A stretch of 64,000 nt of DNA from an uncultured Kiritimatiellota bacterium (lineage in GTDB: Bacteria; Verrucomicrobiota; Kiritimatiellia; RFP12; UBA1067), in assembly GCA_934635385.1 (NCBI GenBank), contig CAKTZI010000020.1, positions 1,820-65,819 of the forward strand, in the 5' to 3' direction. The translations under genes and the position numbers were made by a program. The number at the start of each line of letters is the position of its first letter. The first letter of the stretch is position 1. The notes under the pieces are model-generated. The model was not told the origin of the DNA. It saw only the letters and a list, made by a program, of their open reading frames with translations, and did not search any database. Shown here piece by piece: positions 49,801 to 56,618 of this stretch.

Positions 49801-52800
49801 CCTCCCCGTACTCCTTCCGTAGTTCCCTTGCCAGCCAATCCTTCATGCTGTCCGGGAATCGCCCCAAGTCGTTCACCGACCACTCGCGCATCGGGATTTT
49901 CAGGCCGTACCCGTCCACCGGCCAGTATTCCTCCGGATTGCTCCCCTCCTCCGTCGGAGGCGGGTTCAGCCGCAACCACTCCGTGCTGCCCTCTTCTATC
50001 TGCTCCATCATTAACCTCCTTGGCTTGTGCCTCTATTATACCAAAAATGCGCTCTGCCTCTGCGTCACTCACGCGGGCAAGCCCGCGTGCGCGAGCCACG
50101 GCGTTCCAGATGTCCTGAAGAACCGGCTTCGCACGTTCGTACTTCGCCGCGTCGCGCTCGTAGATGTAGGTGGCAAGGGCCTTGAAGTCCTTGTGCCCGC
50201 TCTCGACAAGCACATCGACGAGCTTACCAACGCCCGTGACGAGTTTCCCGAACTTCTCCGGGTTGAAGTCGGGCGTGTCGAAATCTACTTGCCCGCTTGC
50301 GCCTTTCGCGCCGCCTCCTGCAACGCCGCCCGTATTGCGGACACTCGCTTCCTCTCGTTCTCGGAGGTGTCCGAGGAAATAGTTTGCGCTTTCCCTGATT
50401 CTTGCATGGTCTGGATTTCCTTTCGCTTCAAGCTGTTTAAGTGTGATTTCAGGCGCACCGTCTACGGAATTATCGTAGATATGGAGATGTATTTTATCAC
50501 CATACGCATCGGAAAGCAACCGCAGGTTCTCGCGGCTCTTCACGTGCGAGTTGGCGAACGAGAGCGGCGAGACGATATGCCCGCCGTTCTTGACGCGCTG
50601 CGCGATGCCTTCCAACGCCTGTCCGGGAGTGCGGTAGACGAAATGTATCTCCGGCTTCTGCCCATTGGCAAGAATCGCGTCTATCTGCCTCTTCGCCACA
50701 TCGAGGTTGCCGAGCGTGGAATCTATCGTAAAATCATGGCTATCCCCAATCTTCGCGGCCACGGTCGATTTCCCCGCACCGTTTCCGCCTGCAAGGAATA
50801 CTACAGTTCCATCGCCCTTGCCCTTGCGCGTCTTCAGCAGACGCTGGAACTGCGCCTCCAACCGAGGCCCAACATAGCCCGTCCTGTCAACGTGCGTGCT
50901 CCAGTCCAACCGGTTGTAGCCCGGCATGGTCTTTCGCACCTCGTCGCCGCTCACGATTGTCGAATCCACGCCCAGTTCGGGGCTGTCGAAGTCGATTGCG
51001 TCGAGCGCGGCCTTCGCCTTGCGTTCAGCCGCCTCGTCCTTCATCCTGATGGACGGGGCTTTAGACGTCTTCGGCTTGGCAACATGTCGGGATTCCCGGC
51101 TGCTTGCCGATTCTGGCCGATTCAGGGCGTTTTCGTAGATTGCAACGGAGTTCTTCCCGTGGATCTCGTCAAAGTCCTTCCAGCTCACATGCAGTTGCGT
51201 TGCATTCCTGCGTGTACCGTCGCCGAAGATGTATGCCGAATACGCATTCCCCGATGTGTCCTCATAGCCAAATGACAAGTCCCCGCCCCTGCGCAGATAG
51301 ATGGCGTGGACTTTTGCGTTTGGATTGTTCTTCCGCCATTCAGCGAAAGCATCGCCCTGTTTTTTCGTGACGGCGTTTGCGGCTGGTTCGGGCTTCGTCT
51401 CCAGCTTCGCCGTCATCACCATGCCCATCGCCGCCGCCTCCTCCGGCGTGACGCGCTTCGTGATCTTCCGGCCGTTCTCCTCGATTTCCACGGTGACCTT
51501 GTGGTGCGCGTTCTCAATCGGAACGCCGCCGACTTTGAGCGGCTTGCCGTCCTCAACAGGCTTCGCGGGCTTTTCAGTTGTTAAGTCTTTCTGAACAACT
51601 GCCGTAGCGCCCGATTTCTGCCCCTCTGTGGGCTTCGCGGCTTTTGGACGCGCCGTTGCCTCCGTTTTCTTCGAATCGCTCACAGGGCCGTTTTCGCGCG
51701 TCTGTGGTAGGGGCATAACGCCAACGATTTCAGACCTGTCGAAGGTGTCTATCGCGTTATAGTTCCAGCCGTCCCGGTAGGACACCTTCACGCGGTTGCC
51801 GTCCACGGATACGATCGCGCCGCGAATCTTCTGCCGGGCGTTGATCTCGCCGCCCGTGTCGTGCTGGATGACCACTTCCCGATTGGGCGCAATGTCACCT
51901 TCCCTTGGTACGACGTAGCCATCGACCGGCTCTGTCGTGCCGTCCTTCTTCGTGAAGACGGCGACCTTGGGAGTCACAGGTTTCGGCCTCTGCGTCCGGT
52001 TGAACAGGTCTTCGCCCTCTGCGCCGCCGAGATCCATGAGAGACTGCCCGACTTCGCCCGCGCCGCCCTTCAACGGAGCGGCCTTGCGACGCTCGATTTC
52101 CTCCTTCTCCGTCCGCTTCCGTTTTTCCTCCGCGATCTGGTCGCCCGTGACGCGCTCCAGTTCAAGGTTCTCCTTCGGGACGATGCCGAGTTCCGCGTCA
52201 AGGGCTGCCTTGTCGGCTTCGTCGAGCCGCACGGCGTTGCGCCAATACTCCGCCCTTTCGAGCGCCTTTTGGCGTGCGTCGGCGAGCTGCTTCCTGTCCT
52301 TGGGGTTCCTGATGCCAAGTTCTTTCGCGTACGCCTTGTTGAGGTCGAGTCGACCGCCCTTCTGCATGGCCGTCTGAAGGACGTTCGCAATGCGCCCGTA
52401 CTCGTTCGCCTTTTCGACGCGCTTGGCGGCGCGCTTCTCCTCCAGGGCCAGCAGCTTCAGGTCCTCTTCCGACGTGAAGAGGTCGAGCTGCATTTCCCCG
52501 CCCGTCGCTGGGGCCTTGCGGCTTTTCGCCTCTTCGGACAGTGAACGCGCCACGATGGCGAGCCTATCGCCCCGCAGTCCCTCCAGCGCCTTTTTGACGA
52601 GGATCTTCTGGACGGCTCCGTTGCGCGGATGGGCGTTCCTCGGCGCGGCCTTGGCGATGATTCCGGCCTGTTCGACCGAAATCAGCCCATCGGCTCCGCT
52701 TCCGCTCCAGTCAACTGCCGCCCGAGTGCCTTCCGTAGCACCTTCGTAAAGCTCGAATGCGAGTCTGCCCTTGCTCCGCGAGAGGAATCCGGCGGATTCG

Positions 52801-55800
52801 GCTGCGGCTCTTGACGGCTTGGCGTTTTCAAAGTATCTGACATAATCCTTTACACTTCCTTTCTCATCGATGATGTTTGAGATTGCGTCCAAATTGCGCA
52901 TGTCCTCCGGCGTATAGCCGTCCTTCTCGTAGAACAGGCGCGCCAGGATGTCCTTCTTGCCCGTCCGCTTGGCGAGGTCGAACCTGTGGCGACCCGTCAC
53001 GAGTTCCTTCGTCCCGTCCCTGCGGACATAGACGACCACGGCGTTCTCCGCGCTCTCGAAGTATTCCCCCTTGAGTTCCTGCCCCTTCACGACGCCCGTC
53101 TTCGGGTCTGCGCCCTCCTTGAACTGCGTGTCGGGAAGGGAAACGTCGCCGACGGGAACGCGCACCGGCTCCTGGTTGTCGTGCATGACGCGCAGGAAGT
53201 CGTGTTCCGTCCGCATGGCCGGGGAGATGCCGTCCGTTGCCGCACCTACATCCGGCTTTGCAGTTTTCGCGCCCGCTGCCGCCGCCGCTTCATTTCGCTG
53301 AACTTCTTGGCCTTTCGCCCGCCCGTCCATTCCGGCATTCTCGACCGGCTGTGTTTCATCGGCTCCATTCCCTGTCTCATCCTTTACCTCCGTGTTTGTC
53401 TCTTTGTGCCCTTCCACCGGGAAGAACTCAAACCTTTCGGGCGTGTCCGCACGTCCCGCCGCAACGCCGCCCTCGCCCTTCGCCGCCTCGCGCCACCGTT
53501 TCATCATCACCTTCACGTCGGCGGACGAATACGTCTTGCGCAGATTCATCTTCCGCGCCGCGTCGTTCACCTTGCTGACGAGCTTGTCGAGTTTTGACGG
53601 CTCCGCGTCAAGGTTCGCCGAGGCATAGTGCGCGAACACCTCGGCGAGATTCCCGTTCACGCCCTCCATCGTGCCGCACGTGGCCGGGAAAAGCCCGTCC
53701 ACGATCTGCCTCTTGAACGCATCGAACTCCTTTGCGCGGATGTTCTCCGCGAATTCGACCGCGCCCGATTTCCCGAACTCGCCATTCGGCCCGCCATGCC
53801 CGACGATCTCGTGCGCGAGAATGCGCGGGATGTCGCCTACCTCCTGAACGTTGTCGAGAATCACGACCGCCGTTCCGTCCGACGTGTAGAAAGCGTCCCT
53901 GTCCTGCACTGCCGGATTGAGCAGCTGGCTGGCATCGTTCAGCCCAAGGCAAGTGCCGTCCCGTGCGATGCCGTCCGCGAACGCCTGTGCTGCGTCCGCC
54001 ATCGTGTTGAAGTAGACGACGTTCTTCTTGCCGTACTTCGCCGCCCGCTCGTTCTCGATGACCTGCCGCTTGCGCTGACGGTCGAGGGCGGTGTACTGCC
54101 CCATGAGGGCAAGTTCCCGTGCTTTTTCGACGGCCTCGCCAAGCGTGGCGGCTCCGTCGCTGTCGCCCGTGTCGTTGTGGACGGAGAAAGTCCCGTCCGC
54201 CTCCTCCATGATCGTCACGCCCGTGTTGGGGTCATGCGCAAGGTTGCTGACGTTCTCCTTGCCCGTCCTGTTGTCGCGCCACTTCATCGGAACAAGTCCG
54301 GGCTTCCCGTCGGCAGTCTGCGGGAGGCTGAAGCTGACAGGTTCAACCCCGAACTCGCTCTTCATCTTCCTGGCGAGAGCCTGCGACGGGGTGACGACCT
54401 TTCCCGTCTCCGCGTCGATTGTCGGCTTTTCGGGTATGACCGCGCGTTCCGGCTGCGCGTTCGCCGCGTCGCGAAACTTTGCGTTCAGCGTGTCGCCAAG
54501 GAAGTTCGCGACGCGCGGATCGAAAAGAATGTCAGTCGCGAGCTTCGCGTCCGGCGGAAGCCCCGCCTTGTCGCACAGTTCCTGAAACTTACGCACTGCC
54601 TCTTTCGTCGGCTTCCAGTCGGGGGCGGGGGCGCGGCCTTTCGCCGCCTCGCCCGTCGTGCCCGCTTCGAAGTCCGCCGCCGGCTTCGCGTGCGCCTTTG
54701 CGGTGTCGATTCCCTCCTGGACAAACCGCTTCAGGGCCATCATGCCGTCGGGATTCAGCCTTGCCAGCAAGAGACGGCCTTCCGGCATCTTGGCGGCTTC
54801 CCGGACGACCTTCTCGTAGTCACGCGCACCCTTGACGCGGGCGTTCAGGACGCGCCCGGCGCCCATGATCGCGCCAATCGCGACACCATCGCGAACGCCT
54901 TTCAATCCCTCGATGGTGATCTCCCCAAGGTCGAGGTCGTGTCCGCTGGCGAGTTGGCGGAATGCCGTATCGCCCGCACCTTGTGCGCCCATGAGACCGC
55001 CCGCTTCAAGCGCGGCAACACCCTGGTTCAGGAACTCACGCTTCGCGTTGAACCGCCCCATTGCCTTGGAAAGCCCGCCGAACGTGAACTTCTCGACGGG
55101 CTGGACGGGGACGATGCCCTTGCCGTTCATCCAGCGGCGGAACGGCGCATAGTAGAATGCCGCCGTCATCGCACCGTCGAAGAGGGCGCTGCCGCCCGCG
55201 ATGTCCTCCGCCGCCTTGCCCGTCTTGCCGCTTTCCAACGCCGTGCTGCGCGTCTGCTGGTATGCGTCGGCGGACGACATGGCAATCATCGTCGGGCCAA
55301 GGTACGCGAACTGCGCGATGCCGGATGCCGCGCCCTCCAGCCAGTCCACCACCGCGCTTCCCGAATTGCCGACGGGTGTCTTCTCGTCCAGCCAGTTGCG
55401 GATCCGCTTCGCGTCACGTATGGCCATGTTGCCGACAGCCGTCCCCTCTCGGCCATTCTCCACCATGAGGGAATGTTCCTGGTGCATTCCCTCCTTCCCG
55501 GCTATCGGGGCTTCCCACCTGAAATACTTTTCAAGGTTCTCGCGCACGGACGGATCGCGCTTCGCCATGCGCTTTACCTTCTCGTCGATGTTCACGCGCC
55601 CCAGCCAAGCATCAAACGATTCGCCCTCCTTCTTCGCCATCGGGTCGTCGGCCATGAATGCGTGACGCGCGTCTTCGTCCACGCCGCCAGCCGCCGTGCC
55701 GACAAGGTTGATGAGACCGGCGGCCATCTTGCCCGCCGTGTTCACGACGGTGCGGGGGACGCTCCGCCATCCCGCGCTTTTTCCCGTGCGCTCACCGTTC

Positions 55801-56600
55801 CCCGCGCGATTCCCCGCGACATACGCCAATGCCTCGCGCATTTCCTCGGGCGACTTGGACTCCTTGCGGATGCGCTCGATCTGCCAGTCCTCCAGCCCCG
55901 CTTCCTTTGCGACCCCGGCAAGGGCATCCTCGTCGCTTTTTCCGTTGCGCGGCACGCGCTTGCGACCGATCGGCTGGCCCATCGTGTTGTACGCCATCTC
56001 GTCCGACTCGTCCGTGCCGCGTTTCCATTCGGCAACGGCATCTGCCGTGTCGCCGTTCGCAAGCCGCTCCATGAGCGTGATCCTGTCCGGCTCGGTGCGT
56101 TTTTTGTGCTCATAGGCAACGCCCCGGTCTCGCCTGATCTCGTCCGAAACGTCGTCCCAGTGTTCGTGAAGCCAGTCGTTCCATTTCGACTGGTTGTCCT
56201 TCATGTGGGCATCGTGGACTTCCTGCGCCATCTTCTGCGCGGAAGCCTCGTCATCCGCCATGCCCCAATGCTCGCCCGTCTCGGCGTAGTGTCGGACGGC
56301 ATCCTCCTGCGAGAGTTCCTTCCCGCCGACAACCGTCGGCACGACGGCGAACTTGCCGTCTTCATGCCGAACGAGCATGGACGATGTGGTGGAGTAGCCG
56401 TTCATCTTTCCGTCCTTGTCGCGGCGAAGGAGAACCCTGCGGCCCTCGTTGCGAAGGTTTCCGCCCCACTGGTTCTTCTCGCCGTCGGGAAGCCTTTCAT
56501 TCCCACCGTCGCCGTCCTCACAGCTCAGAGGTTCAACCTCGCCAAAATCATCCGCCGCCTCAACAGGCTCGATTTCGCCCCACTCTTCGTTGTCATTCAT
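40851..56600 (-). CDS. Giant 5249-codon ORF. A polyvalent protein (HExxH zincin motif, ParB-like, zeta-toxin-like P-loop, N6-adenine MTase, SNF2 helicase, ~1500-aa coiled-coil C-terminal region). It may really be two genes (A: 56600 to ~50050; C: 49610 to 40851) joined by a no-stop read-through across the embedded gene region.
   Basis: Strong RBS AAGGAGG 8 nt before the ATG at 56600. Motifs located in DNA: HEIVGH 53797-53814, VTGRHRF 52981-53000, GGNGAGKST 50764-50790, NVPYAD 48966-48983, SNF2 motif I GAGKTLEMQ 47008-47034, DEAH 46526-46551, QAIGRIIR 45481-45510. Strong GC3 codon bias throughout except 49611-50045. Confidence 0.7.
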   Translation of the reverse strand: MNDNEEWGEIEPVEAADDFGEVEPLSCEDGDGGNERLPDGEKNQWGGNLRNEGRRVLLRRDKDGKMNGYSTTSSMLVRHEDGKFAVVPTVVGGKELSQEDAVRHYAETGEHWGMADDEASAQKMAQEVHDAHMKDNQSKWNDWLHEHWDDVSDEIRRDRGVAYEHKKRTEPDRITLMERLANGDTADAVAEWKRGTDESDEMAYNTMGQPIGRKRVPRNGKSDEDALAGVAKEAGLEDWQIERIRKESKSPEEMREALAYVAGNRAGNGERTGKSAGWRSVPRTVVNTAGKMAAGLINLVGTAAGGVDEDARHAFMADDPMAKKEGESFDAWLGRVNIDEKVKRMAKRDPSVRENLEKYFRWEAPIAGKEGMHQEHSLMVENGREGTAVGNMAIRDAKRIRNWLDEKTPVGNSGSAVVDWLEGAASGIAQFAYLGPTMIAMSSADAYQQTRSTALESGKTGKAAEDIAGGSALFDGAMTAAFYYAPFRRWMNGKGIVPVQPVEKFTFGGLSKAMGRFNAKREFLNQGVAALEAGGLMGAQGAGDTAFRQLASGHDLDLGEITIEGLKGVRDGVAIGAIMGAGRVLNARVKGARDYEKVVREAAKMPEGRLLLARLNPDGMMALKRFVQEGIDTAKAHAKPAADFEAGTTGEAAKGRAPAPDWKPTKEAVRKFQELCDKAGLPPDAKLATDILFDPRVANFLGDTLNAKFRDAANAQPERAVIPEKPTIDAETGKVVTPSQALARKMKSEFGVEPVSFSLPQTADGKPGLVPMKWRDNRTGKENVSNLAHDPNTGVTIMEEADGTFSVHNDTGDSDGAATLGEAVEKARELALMGQYTALDRQRKRQVIENERAAKYGKKNVVYFNTMADAAQAFADGIARDGTCLGLNDASQLLNPAVQDRDAFYTSDGTAVVILDNVQEVGDIPRILAHEIVGHGGPNGEFGKSGAVEFAENIRAKEFDAFKRQIVDGLFPATCGTMEGVNGNLAEVFAHYASANLDAEPSKLDKLVSKVNDAARKMNLRKTYSSADVKVMMKRWREAAKGEGGVAAGRADTPERFEFFPVEGHKETNTEVKDETGNGADETQPVENAGMDGRAKGQEVQRNEAAAAAGAKTAKPDVGAATDGISPAMRTEHDFLRVMHDNQEPVRVPVGDVSLPDTQFKEGADPKTGVVKGQELKGEYFESAENAVVVYVRRDGTKELVTGRHRFDLAKRTGKKDILARLFYEKDGYTPEDMRNLDAISNIIDEKGSVKDYVRYFENAKPSRAAAESAGFLSRSKGRLAFELYEGATEGTRAAVDWSGSGADGLISVEQAGIIAKAAPRNAHPRNGAVQKILVKKALEGLRGDRLAIVARSLSEEAKSRKAPATGGEMQLDLFTSEEDLKLLALEEKRAAKRVEKANEYGRIANVLQTAMQKGGRLDLNKAYAKELGIRNPKDRKQLADARQKALERAEYWRNAVRLDEADKAALDAELGIVPKENLELERVTGDQIAEEKRKRTEKEEIERRKAAPLKGGAGEVGQSLMDLGGAEGEDLFNRTQRPKPVTPKVAVFTKKDGTTEPVDGYVVPREGDIAPNREVVIQHDTGGEINARQKIRGAIVSVDGNRVKVSYRDGWNYNAIDTFDRSEIVGVMPLPQTRENGPVSDSKKTEATARPKAAKPTEGQKSGATAVVQKDLTTEKPAKPVEDGKPLKVGGVPIENAHHKVTVEIEENGRKITKRVTPEEAAAMGMVMTAKLETKPEPAANAVTKKQGDAFAEWRKNNPNAKVHAIYLRRGGDLSFGYEDTSGNAYSAYIFGDGTRRNATQLHVSWKDFDEIHGKNSVAIYENALNRPESASSRESRHVAKPKTSKAPSIRMKDEAAERKAKAALDAIDFDSPELGVDSTIVSGDEVRKTMPGYNRLDWSTHVDRTGYVGPRLEAQFQRLLKTRKGKGDGTVVFLAGGNGAGKSTVAAKIGDSHDFTIDSTLGNLDVAKRQIDAILANGQKPEIHFVYRTPGQALEGIAQRVKNGGHIVSPLSFANSHVKSRENLRLLSDAYGDKIHLHIYDNSVDGAPEITLKQLEAKGNPDHARIRESANYFLGHLREREEASVRNTGGVAGGGAKGASGQVDFDTPDFNPEKFGKLVTGVGKLVDVLVESGHKDFKALATYIYERDAAKYERAKPVLQDIWNAVARARGLARVSDAEAERIFGIIEAQAKEVNDGADRRGQHGVVAAEPASDGGGEQSGGILAGGRVRPENPDARVVGERLGAIPGQHEGLAGKGTTEGVRGGDSGRASAEGNGPVGNRSVSEDGERETGRDRAGDGNQGGVSHVKKRAAKAADATKPNPTRRDFVMTKSVEDAILEKKTAQRVRNNLDAIRLIRDLKARDYAATPEEQATLAKFVGWGGLREDMFGYGLESAYALERAGEPERVPGVLRRYGISQGAYGLHRELRQLLNDKEYESAKASASTAFYTPVYFVRALHENLRRLGVKGGRFLGPSAGTGNFASAAGEYEKPVSWQFVEKDVLTGEMLKALFPNQRVNIGGFEETKFPDGFFDFAIDNVPYADVPINDRSLSSRMFKIHDYFFAKTLAKLRPGGVMAFLTSTGTLDKTSPILRQFLTEHGGQIVGAVRLPNGFFSENAGTDVASDLVIVQKVQGRPDNAAFEKGVEYGKTEEWVRRKGRIEKPLTYNGYFQDHPEQVVGTMEIASGQFGPILKYSMPDVLPGDLSSEIGKAIGRALDGIDKDALLKSAAVAERQDHTPVYDAEGLRQGSVTMKDGKPFIKSGEMLEPIVFPNDRSLSKELKKRGRTPDRIMGGLLSLRKAMRDVIDAQMTDNDSVETDLAPLQAKLNEAYDTFVKANGTLHDKWISPFVLLDKADGNRLLALERIVKDESGKPKVVKSDIFTKRVISRGQRATKADTPKDALVISYSESGAINVPRIAELLGVGDEEAVRKLKEGGDAFENPQTGLLEPSWEYLSGRVRAKLAAARAAVEAGEESYRANVEALEKVQPPMVRLEDAEIKFGATWVDTDCMKDFLRDAFGSESMHIMLGRNEVTGQWNVEFGRIMNEDPWGETSWSPQEFVSRVLNHGSMNHYETDPIDKKRYLNEKRTEGNKLAAEKLHHAFSQFIQASERWAEPMYERYNAVMTDMVEIKLPNNILPFRAAGMSEAALGKLFEGGDPKKPKKGREYQSDVIARGVLGGSSLCLAHCVGAGKTLEMQSIGVLGRHLGLFKKPMYVVPNHMLEQFTNEFVEAFPNANILKMAEADVKPENRRAFFAQVANGDWDAIVVKHSTFSKKLAMSDEYQKEFMEAQRRDLIEAIAAMREAGERISVDQATKKLERLEAKLEQLANAENHDSQIVPFEELGVDQLFVDEAHNFKGMPITTRQGRTGGLSQGDSQRAVDMEMKTQYVQSLHGGDRGVVFATGTPLSNAPVVEAYVMLKYLAPNKLEEQGLKHFDDFVDAFGRITTESEFSLDGKTVKEKEKVSAFVNIPELMKLLRSVVDIVNPDQLDIPRPKPKYHMIDVDMSPAQERIMEMVAHEAATPPSREERNKYLTLTRIAKNACLTPRLLGFEDGGNKIIRAVSEIKKVYDETVAERGAQLVFTDIFNRASGGTDEYIAAHITGGQDMPYARGAYNLNEEIRSLLVTAGIPRDEIAIIQDIDKSKGDKDANKSALFAKVRSGEVRVLIGSRPKMGEGTNVQERLAAIHLLHPGWKPSEDEQAIGRIIRFGNTYKEGQIFYYLTKGNANIGSYETKNHQLIGVKSKLIDQVMHGDDSVREIDMDESAMDRDMLMGLASGNKALMELIDVKKRVHKLELNTESVLSSARRNKDRAEANSRILARRREEFAREQEGVKEWRKKNEGKPFALSTPDGRSIEKVKDMADYVSAQMAKQLTKDRYGRDDKTVLGDFNGVELVLTYDKWGDEKFNIAVPMIGVAREINYSGFLPDFSQAAMTAFKGKIFETVSPDFAKAYENSLADMDRQAKKMSADADRLQKDYEGMRDELVKLRTRQAELERAITPLVIQAVENRKAAAYGNWLITKSGNGQKYVARRESDAKSFSAPTVRELIPLMDAEDFARPKNAATKTADLRPHLKPNSKGEYPSVDTLSVGQVDFDTPNLTPAEEKYSEAEDKTPTEQVMREVYGMTNDEIATALKAAGMEPPKHVRKPDETAWEQAEALLSNPSYMEKLSRAVAKFPRNIADYENNALNVLFRRRQAAVNAAQSVVNGLKETLDAFNAIPQDERDAGFGENQKKVAREYGEAMSQLAQAKSLMYETGLALTRSSSEAGRRLRSNRGLIDQTDFSYAGISGQVAAILGGADKIAPEMDAKIREIANGFATLDEEGRDLATARLKAQAEKIVEQIKRGDRIRKVAERNPGDEVKRVMRNYNDALAQIEVGSAEVGGTLVGLSDQQYPAWGKWLRAIGEYHCFENPDITEDECIKAIVEDISPFMDGVDENQVRDALTGFGHNFRQSRYEAQRLMNDLRSQSRLKRQMDWMDENNTMPPLTGMVRDEPSDTTRNLQKQVQERKKEVPDAGRDARRLKGVLESAKTRVKNRIADLERAIETGEKIPGRERTVMEDIELRELRKRKDELQKTYDELFRTEHGMTDAQRVKLAERLLGRELEHALADLDRARSGDFSKKARRPRAESPTLDALRERLSEVRNQIRELKKAKYEFGLTPEELSAYNARKMANREKAIARLAERIVRGDLRPQKKPQPPMPPEMQKRYEAMAEQMNRAHRKLADLRREAADARKPKFVRFMGDAYRFVDGVWKMATASLDFTQVGNQTGTILMAHPKIVAANFAKTISAFKSRINAENIELDLLSDASVKEAVDNGWLRWKKVSDSTSRGERVELFDAIDKPFTIGGKALRFTDIPFYGTSIENSDRLYATYINAVSASLYSTIVNDPKLFPGGATVFQKKMLCDMINVMNGSGTLSKDNRRILGKVFWAPGLVDSQLKRLIGYQVWHSWTASAEEDGSGTFKERLTMSRIGLGEFVRSNLGAILLGSLLTALFATDDQKDEFAHAGPVKRLQMLVAPRIRHTQLDLTGGSVAFLRLGNRLVTGAYETATGKQAKVRDMFGEVAHFAKGRLTPLVSNAFSALSGKDYTGQDYGAAELLLSFAPISLRDAGHSIYENGIEDRAWATAFLGAGLTMFGIGKGTYRKDDYAILSNRFLDSKREYDAIEKDELLDEQNRRLLLDSIVAENPLMREGVREDIAADIAQIRRDEARAMRDEKEGHEVDASLLSDIERGKAKLIEKIRAERRK
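45400..47300 (-). other. SNF2-family helicase domain of the giant ORF
   Basis: Motifs I, II (DEAHNF), III (TGTPLSN) and VI (QAIGRIIRFG). Confidence 0.75.
48400..49610 (-). other. N6-adenine DNA methyltransferase domain (DarB/Ddm-like) beginning MTKSVEDAILEKKTAQRVRNNLDAI...LAKFVGWGGL
   Basis: NVPY catalytic motif, and TGTLDKTS after the AdoMet region. Confidence 0.7.
49673..50011 (-). CDS. Embedded 112-aa gene in an alternative frame within the giant ORF, with its own promoter and SD; hypothetical protein
   Basis: TTTTGGTATAAT (50035-50046), then AAGGAGGTTAATG ATG. MMEQIEEGSTEWLRLNPPPTEEGSNPEEYWPVDGYGLKIPMREW.... GC3 bias supports this frame over the giant-ORF frame in the same interval. Confidence 0.6.
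   Translation of the reverse strand: MMEQIEEGSTEWLRLNPPPTEEGSNPEEYWPVDGYGLKIPMREWSVNDLGRFPDSMKDWLARELRKEYGEETPAERLLKEMAPSEIARYPRMANARLGEIAQEMGIRAEYRT
50035..50046 (-). promoter_or_regulatory. Extended -10 promoter TTTTGGTATAAT internal to the giant ORF (translated there as ...ERIFGIIE...)
   Basis: Read directly. Followed 14 nt later by SD AAGGAGG. Confidence 0.55.
50400..50900 (-). other. Zeta-toxin/AAA_33-like P-loop kinase domain of the giant ORF
   Basis: VVFLAGGNGAGKSTVAAKIG. Confidence 0.55.
52800..53100 (-). other. ParB-like (ParB/Srx fold) domain of the giant ORF
   Basis: VVYVRRDGTKELVTGRHRFDLAKRTG. Confidence 0.55.
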
Positions 56601-56618
56601 CCGAAAGCCTCCTTGTGA

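Noticed and set aside
46791-51275. 1494-aa plus-strand ORF, along with 42267-44198 and 53628-56618
   Set aside because: All lie antisense within the 15.75-kb minus-strand gene. They have low-complexity R/L/V/A composition and no motifs.
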